A stretch of 64,000 nucleotides of DNA from Macrostomum lignano (lineage: Eukaryota). The notes beneath the pieces were generated by a model. That model was not told where the DNA came from. It made no database searches and saw only the letters and a program-made list of their open reading frames with translations. The stretch covers positions 62,001 through 126,000 of the forward strand of contig NIVC01001075.1 in NCBI GenBank assembly GCA_002269645.1, in the 5' to 3' direction. Below are positions 58,334 to 64,000 of this stretch, in pieces. The first letter of the stretch is position 1, and every line of letters begins with the position of its first letter. The translations under genes were made by a program, and so were the position numbers.

Positions 58334-61300
58334 ATGCCACCCAGCGGTTCCGCCCATCAAGTCCAGCTGCTGGAAAATCCGCCACAGAATTTCAGCAGTT
58401 TCCAGCCCTGCTTCAGTGTCTGGTCTGATCTTCTCGATTCCTTTGATGCGGATTTTAACCTGAGCAGCTCCTACCGGTACCAGCCTGAGCACTTGGGCCG
58501 CTTCCTTAGTCTCAGCGTTGAGATCGAGCCGAGCCAGAGTAACAGCAGCGCCAATGCGACTTTCGTTGGAGGCTGTCGGATCTCCGCTCTGCCGTTCAAA
58601 CCGTTTGCCTTTGCTTTTTTGCTGGCTGTGGCGGCAGTGTCTGCGGTGGCTAACAGCGCCGTACTTGTCAAACTGCTGGGCTGCTGCCCCAGTCAAAGGC
58701 GCCGCTTCTGCTGCCGCCGAAGAAGAGCTGCTGCTGCGGCTGGAAGTGCCTCTGCTCGGGGAATCGGCTCAAAGGTATTAGCAGCAGCAGCAGCAGCAGC
58801 AGTAGCAGCAGCAGCAGCAGTAGCAGCAGCAGTAGCAGTAGCAGCAGCAGTAGCAGTAGCAGTAGCAGCAGCAGTAGCAGCAGCAGCAGCAGTAGCAGTA
58901 GCAGTAGCAGTAGCAGCAGCAGCAGCAGCAGCAGTAGCAGCAGCAGTAGCAGCAGTGGCAGTAGCAGTAGCAGTAGCAGTAGCAGCAGCAGCAGCAGTAG
59001 CAGTGGCAGTAGCAGTAGCAGTAGCAGTGGCAGTAGCAGTAGCAGTAGCAGTGGCAGTAGCAGTAGCAGTGGCAGGAGCAGTAGCAGTGGCAGTAGCAGT
59101 AGCAGTAGCAGTGGCAGTAGCAGTGGCAGTAGCAGTAGCAGTAGCAGTAGCAGTAGCAGCAGCAGTAGCAGTAGCAGTAGCAGTGGCAGTAGCAGTGGCA
59201 GTAGCAGTGGCAGTAGCAGTAGCAGTAGCAGTAGCAGTGGCAGTGGCAGTACAGGAAAAATGGGCCAAGTGTGTTTGCATGTCGGAAAACTGACAGTTTT
59301 ACATGTTCTTTTAATATGAGCCACGGGCATAAACTCGATTTACTTTAGACTTGCTGCTATTTTAATTAGCACTCACTGTTGCCCATACATCGCATCCGAC
59401 ATCAGCTCAAGGACTGCTCAACCCGTCTCTCATGCAGATGAGTTTCTTCATCCTACACCTGGCAGCGGCTGACCTAGTGGTCTTGCTCACCCCTGTGGTT
59501 GAGCTCGTTAATATCTGGTCTGGCAGCTGGTACGGCGGCCGGTACCTGTGCAAAATCTACAGGATTCTGTCAACATTCGGCCTCTACCTGTCCTCATTTA
59601 TTGTGGTTGCCATAGCGGCTGACAGGTGCGCGGTGATCACGAGACCGTTCAGCATCGCCACAGCTGGACGGCGGGCGCGGCTTCTTCTGATCGGTTGCGT
59701 GCTGACGGCCGTGGCCTGCAGCCTGCCGCAGGTGCTGGGCAAGGAATTTGAGAGCTGGGAACTCCGGGTGCCAATTGGGTTGCTGGGGTCTACGGAGGCT
59801 GGACTAGGAAGCAAGTAGTCATGCCCATTCCGCTGACCCCACCTCACTCCCTGCCCCTACAGTAATCACCACCTCACTCCCTGTCCCTTCAGTAGCCGCC
59901 ACCTCACTCCCTGCCCTTCCAACAGCCGCAGCCTCACTCCCTGCCCTTCCAGCAGCCGCCACCTCACTCCCTGCCCCTACAGTAACCACCACCTCACTCC
60001 CTGCCCCTTCAGTAGCCGCCACCTCACTCCCTGCCCTTCTAGCAGCCACCACCTCACTCCCTGCCCCTTCAGTAGCCGCCACCTCACTCCCTGCCCTTCC
60101 AGCAGCCGCCACCTCACTCCCTGCCCTTCCAACAGCCGCCACCTCACTCCCCGCCCTTCCAACAGCCGCAGCCTCACTCCCTGCCCTTCCAACAGCCGCA
60201 GCCTCACTCTCTGCCCCTTCAGTAGCCGCCACCTCACTCCCTGCCCCTTCAGTAGCCGCCACCTCACTCCATGTCCCTTCAGTAGCCACCACCTCACTCC
60301 CTGCCTCTCCAGTAGCCGCCACCTCACCCCTTTTCAAAACCATCTAGATACCTCAAAAATTAACAGGCAGCTGTCTTCGACATATTCGAGAGCAGCTTCT
60401 TCCAAAGCCACAATCTGGTGTGCATGGAGACATTCGCCGCCGAGCTGGAAAACTCCTACGAACGCCGACTGTACAACATATTTGCATTCGCTATGATGTA
60501 CGGTCTGCCACTAATTGTCATTACTGTCTGCTACAGTCGGATTTTGTGCGTTCTAACAGCCAAGTCGCGTAAGTGCAGCACGCTTTGAATATTTAACAAT
60601 GCTGAACGATAACTTAACAAATATTTTACTGATAAATGTTGCACAAATTTTAGAGTCTTCCCAGCAACTACAGCAACAGCAGCAGCATCAGCAGCAGCCA
60701 GCAGCCGAGATCAATTACCTACGCGATGACGACAACATATCGCTCCGGCGTAACGACGATGCCAGGGCAATGCGAAGGGCCCGCAGTTCTACACTGAAGA
60801 TGTCGGCTATTATTGGTGAGAGAAAGGCCTTCCAGTCCACCCACCTCACTCCCTGCCCCGATAGGCACACCCACCTCACTCCATTCCCCGATAGACGCAC
60901 CCACCTCACTCCATTGCCCCGATAGACACACCTATCTCACTCCCTGCCCTGATAGACACGGCACACCCATCTCACTCCCTGCCCCGATAGACATAACTAC
61001 CTCACTCCATGCCCCGATAGGCACACCCACCTCACTTCATGCCCCGATAGGCACACCCACCTCACTCTATTCTCTTTTGAGCCCCATTTTTCGCTCGTAA
61101 CCCTTGCATTTCTATGCTAAAATTCTCTCATTCATATACGTCTATGAGATATACCGGTATCCAGGTTATTAAAATCACTTTTCTCGGGTTGAACTTTGCA
61201 GTATTGGCTTTCCTACTCTGCTGGGCCCCTCACTGGTCGGCTACCCTGTGGATCACCTTTACTGGTGGGAGTCATCAGTGAGTTCAAGTTTATCATGCAG

Positions 61301-62044
61301 AAAATATAGTTTATTGGCTGAACGATCTAACATTGATCTGTGTATCCTGAGTTCTTTTATATTTACCTTGGGAAGCCCTCCGTGCCTTCTTTTAGAACAG
61401 CGCAGAGCGACTCGGACATAATTTATATGTGCCTCACATTTGCTTTTTTCAACTCAGCACTTAATCCACTCATTTATGGTGAGTGAAACTTATGCTCCAG
61501 AGAGTGAGGTGGATGTGCCTAACGGGGCAGGGAGTGGAGTGGCTGCCTCAATCGGGACAGGGAGTGAGGTTGGTGTGTCAATCGGGGCAGGGAGTGAAGT
61601 TGGTGTGTCAATCGGGGCAGGGAGTAAGGTGGGTGTATCTATCGAGGCAATGGAGTGAAGTGGGTGTGCCTGGGAGTGAGGTGAGTGTGCTTATCGGGGC
61701 AGGGAGTGAGGTGGGTGTGCCTATCAGGGCAGGGAGTGAGGTGGGTGTCCCTATCGGTTCAGGGAGTGAGGTGGGGGTATGTCTCGGGGCATGGAGTGAG
61801 GTGGTTGAATATCGGAGCATAGAAAGGCAGGAGTGCATCGTACTTTACAATTAGCTCGTAGGCGCGATTTTCCTACTCGTATCTCAAATCAACGTGAAAA
61901 GAGCTAACTGACCAATAAAATTTAGGTGTGTTCACAAACCAGTGTCGCGCCATCTGCGAGCGAGTCTGTCAACGCCGAGATCCGAGTCCTCCTCTGGGAG
62001 ATCACATTCCGATGCGACGGGTGCAAATCAGAGACAGAGAGTGA
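58334..62044 (+). CDS. GnRH/AKH/corazonin receptor-superfamily class A GPCR, 7 exons, ~452 aa
   Basis: Exons 58334-58774, 59438-59731, 60367-60568, 60654-60815, 61202-61264 (or -61277), 61401 (or 61396)-61478, 61926-62044, with consistent phases. Motifs LHLAAADL, YLSSFIVVAIAADRC, RRARSSTLKMS, FLLCWAPHW, NSALNPLIYG; N-glycosylation sequons in the N-terminus. Confidence 0.88.
58778..59250. repeat. (GCA/GTA/GTG)n trinucleotide tract starting at the intron-1 donor
   Basis: Seen directly. Confidence 0.95.
59835..60330. repeat. 30-bp minisatellite CACCTCACTCCCTGCCCTTCCAGCAGCCGC, receptor intron 2
   Basis: ~16 copies. Confidence 0.93.
60836..61070. repeat. 30-bp minisatellite GATAGGCACACCCACCTCACTCCCTGCCCC, receptor intron 4
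   Basis: ~8 degenerate copies. Confidence 0.9.
61500..61805. repeat. 30-bp minisatellite GGGGCAGGGAGTGAGGTGGGTGTGCCTATC, receptor intron 6 (reverse complement of the intron-4 unit)
   Basis: ~10 degenerate copies. Confidence 0.9.
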
Positions 62045-62494
62045 GATGCGCAATCATCAAGTCTCATACATGGAGCTGTACGAGTAATTGACTGATAACA
62101 ATGTGTATGAATTTCTTAGTGATTATTATTTGTTTAATGAAAATAATTTATTTAGATTAATTTTCAGCTTTACAGTCTTGGAATTCATTGTCTTATATTT
62201 TTGGGGATTTGCACTAGTCTTACAATTGTTTTCTCATATCTATCACTGTGTTTGATAATTTTTCAAAATCGAAAATTTTTGTTTCAATGTTGACCCCTGT
62301 CAATCGATCTGCACTTTTTGAGACAGCTTTACAGATTTCATAGCAGCATTTGTGTGTCGTCAGTGGACTGTTGCCCTTACCTTACGCGCCATCTACCGTA
62401 TTGTAATTACATTCTTCTATCGACATGACTGTCTAACGCACCACTTCACCGCAACACGCTTCTTTCGAGTACTTAGATTAAGATTAGTCTGACA

Positions 62495-62690
62495 TTGCTG
62501 TGCACTGTAGCGCCTGAGACTACTGTCTCTCTTTGTCTGACACTTCATTGTAGCGCCTGACACTGCTGTCTCCCATTCTTCTGACACTTCATTGTAGCTT
62601 CTCACACTAGCACTGTCTCGACTATTCTTCTGACACTATCGTCTCCATGCTTCTGACAATTCCCTGCAGCGCCTGACACTACTACAATGC
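62495..62690. repeat. Degenerate CTGACACTTCATTGTAGCGC array, related to the array at 63810-64000
   Basis: Shared TAGCGCCTGACAC / CTGACACTTCA motifs. Confidence 0.75.
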
Positions 62691-63076
62691 AGCACTAATT
62701 TTGCTAAATGCCCGACATCAATTGCAATTATATACGAGATTACATGTTTTTGAGCATTTAATCTTACGAGCGTAGAGTACACCTTCGAATCGCTCGATTC
62801 TTCATCAACAGCAAACTATACGAGTGTACTATTGCATTTTGAAGGAACTGAGAATAATAAAGCTCCTGGCCTCATCAGATGAAAGAGGAAACTACGACAG
62901 ACAAGCTCCCCTGACAAAAATATTTTCTTTTCCTGAAGCTTTACTTTTAGAAAAATGTTCTTCTTCCGAAAAAATGATTTTCGCTCGATGCAATGCAGAA
63001 TGCTGGAAATTTCAAATTGCAAATCCGGTCAAATGTGGATGGGAAAAATTATTGTCGTACCAAGATACATCTACAC

Positions 63077-63568
63077 CATAGATACTAAAATAACTAGATG
63101 GGCCACTCGGGCATTTATCACAGAATTTACATATATTCTGTGGGCACATATAGCTCGTACTTTGTAAAACGTACAGCTTTCTACTTTCAGTTCAGTAGCA
63201 AAGAGGAATACATAAGCTATTTTATAAAAATAAAGGCAGCTGAAATGACTTTGATAAGTTTAGAAGGCTAGAAGCCCAAGCTTGCAGGCGTAAACAACTT
63301 ACTAATTGGTCCAGCAATAATGTACATTAGCCAGTCCACTGAAATGTACATGGCCGCTTTAGGCTGGAAGTCCGAGAAAGGCAATAAAAATTGGGGCGGG
63401 GTGGGGGTAGTGTGGAAAGGCTCCGTTGGGGGTTTAAGCTGGGGTAAGAGCCAAAAAATCATTGGCTTTAACTTTAAAATGCTTCTGTTTAATCTACTAC
63501 TGAACTGTAAGTAGTTTACACGCAAATGTGCTGAGTGGCCTATCTAGTTAGTTATTCTAGTATCTGTG
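63077..63568. mobile_element. MITE, copy 2, with a 7-bp TSD (P-superfamily-like termini)
   Basis: CATAGATACTAAAATAACTAGATGGGCCACTC ... GAGTGGCCTATCTAGTTAGTTATTCTAGTATCTGTG, flanked by TCTACAC on both sides; homologous to 1563-2000. Confidence 0.85.
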
Positions 63569-63809
63569 TCTACACCGAAGTTGCTTAATAAGTTTTCTTC
63601 ATTGGTTTACAGTGAAAAAATGTTAAGTTAATTGCTCATTTAATTTTAAATTTATTAGCACTGAGCACCGTAGAACACATACCGGTAGTTACATGATTAT
63701 ACATATAAAACATACTCACAATTTGGCAAAAGGAACGCAACATACAGACAATGACCAGAAAATATGTTATTGACACATTATTTTAGCACCTGCACCTGCT
63801 ACTCCATTC

Positions 63810-64000
63810 TCAGCATTCTGACACTTCACTTTAGCGCCTGACACAACTGTCTCCCCTTCTTCTGACACTTAACTGTAGTACCTGACACTACTGTCTCCCC
63901 TTCCTCTGACACAAGTGTAGCGTCTGCCTCTGACACTTCACTATAGCGTCTGACACTTTACTGTCCCTTTCTGACACTTCACTGTAGCGTCTGACACTTT
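63810..64000. repeat. Degenerate CTGACACTTCACTGTAGCGT array running off the window end
   Basis: Seen directly. Confidence 0.8.

Overview
Eukaryotic genomic DNA. GC-rich, poly-Ala/Gln exons separated by introns filled with minisatellites suggest a flatworm such as Macrostomum lignano; this is inference and cannot be confirmed from the window. In order, the window holds: (1) the terminal exon of an unidentified + strand low-complexity protein; (2) a minus-strand cluster of a 9-exon SETDB1/eggless gene (this copy has a 1-nt frameshift and an in-frame TAA), a 2-exon ASB13-like ankyrin-SOCS box gene, and a second ankyrin-SOCS exon with no start codon of its own; (3) an intronless class A GPCR; (4) decayed Tc1/mariner and LINE remnants; (5) a three-level nest at 36156-50487, where a 5'-truncated RNase H-bearing LINE sits in the gag of a Ty3/Gypsy element, which sits in a hAT transposon, with all three target-site duplications readable; (6) a 7-exon GnRH/AKH/corazonin-type receptor. 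About 20 distinct tandem arrays, MITEs and tRNA-derived SINEs fill the rest. Best leads: an ATG-less ASB cistron that a flatworm spliced-leader AUG would complete in frame (candidate SETDB1-ASB-ASB operon); a non-env third ORF starting 2 nt after the Gypsy pol stop; complementary inverted minisatellites bracketing the TM6/TM7 exons of the receptor; and a cluster of RFX X-boxes in a SETDB1 intron. All coordinates and splice models were derived by eye; no database searches were run.
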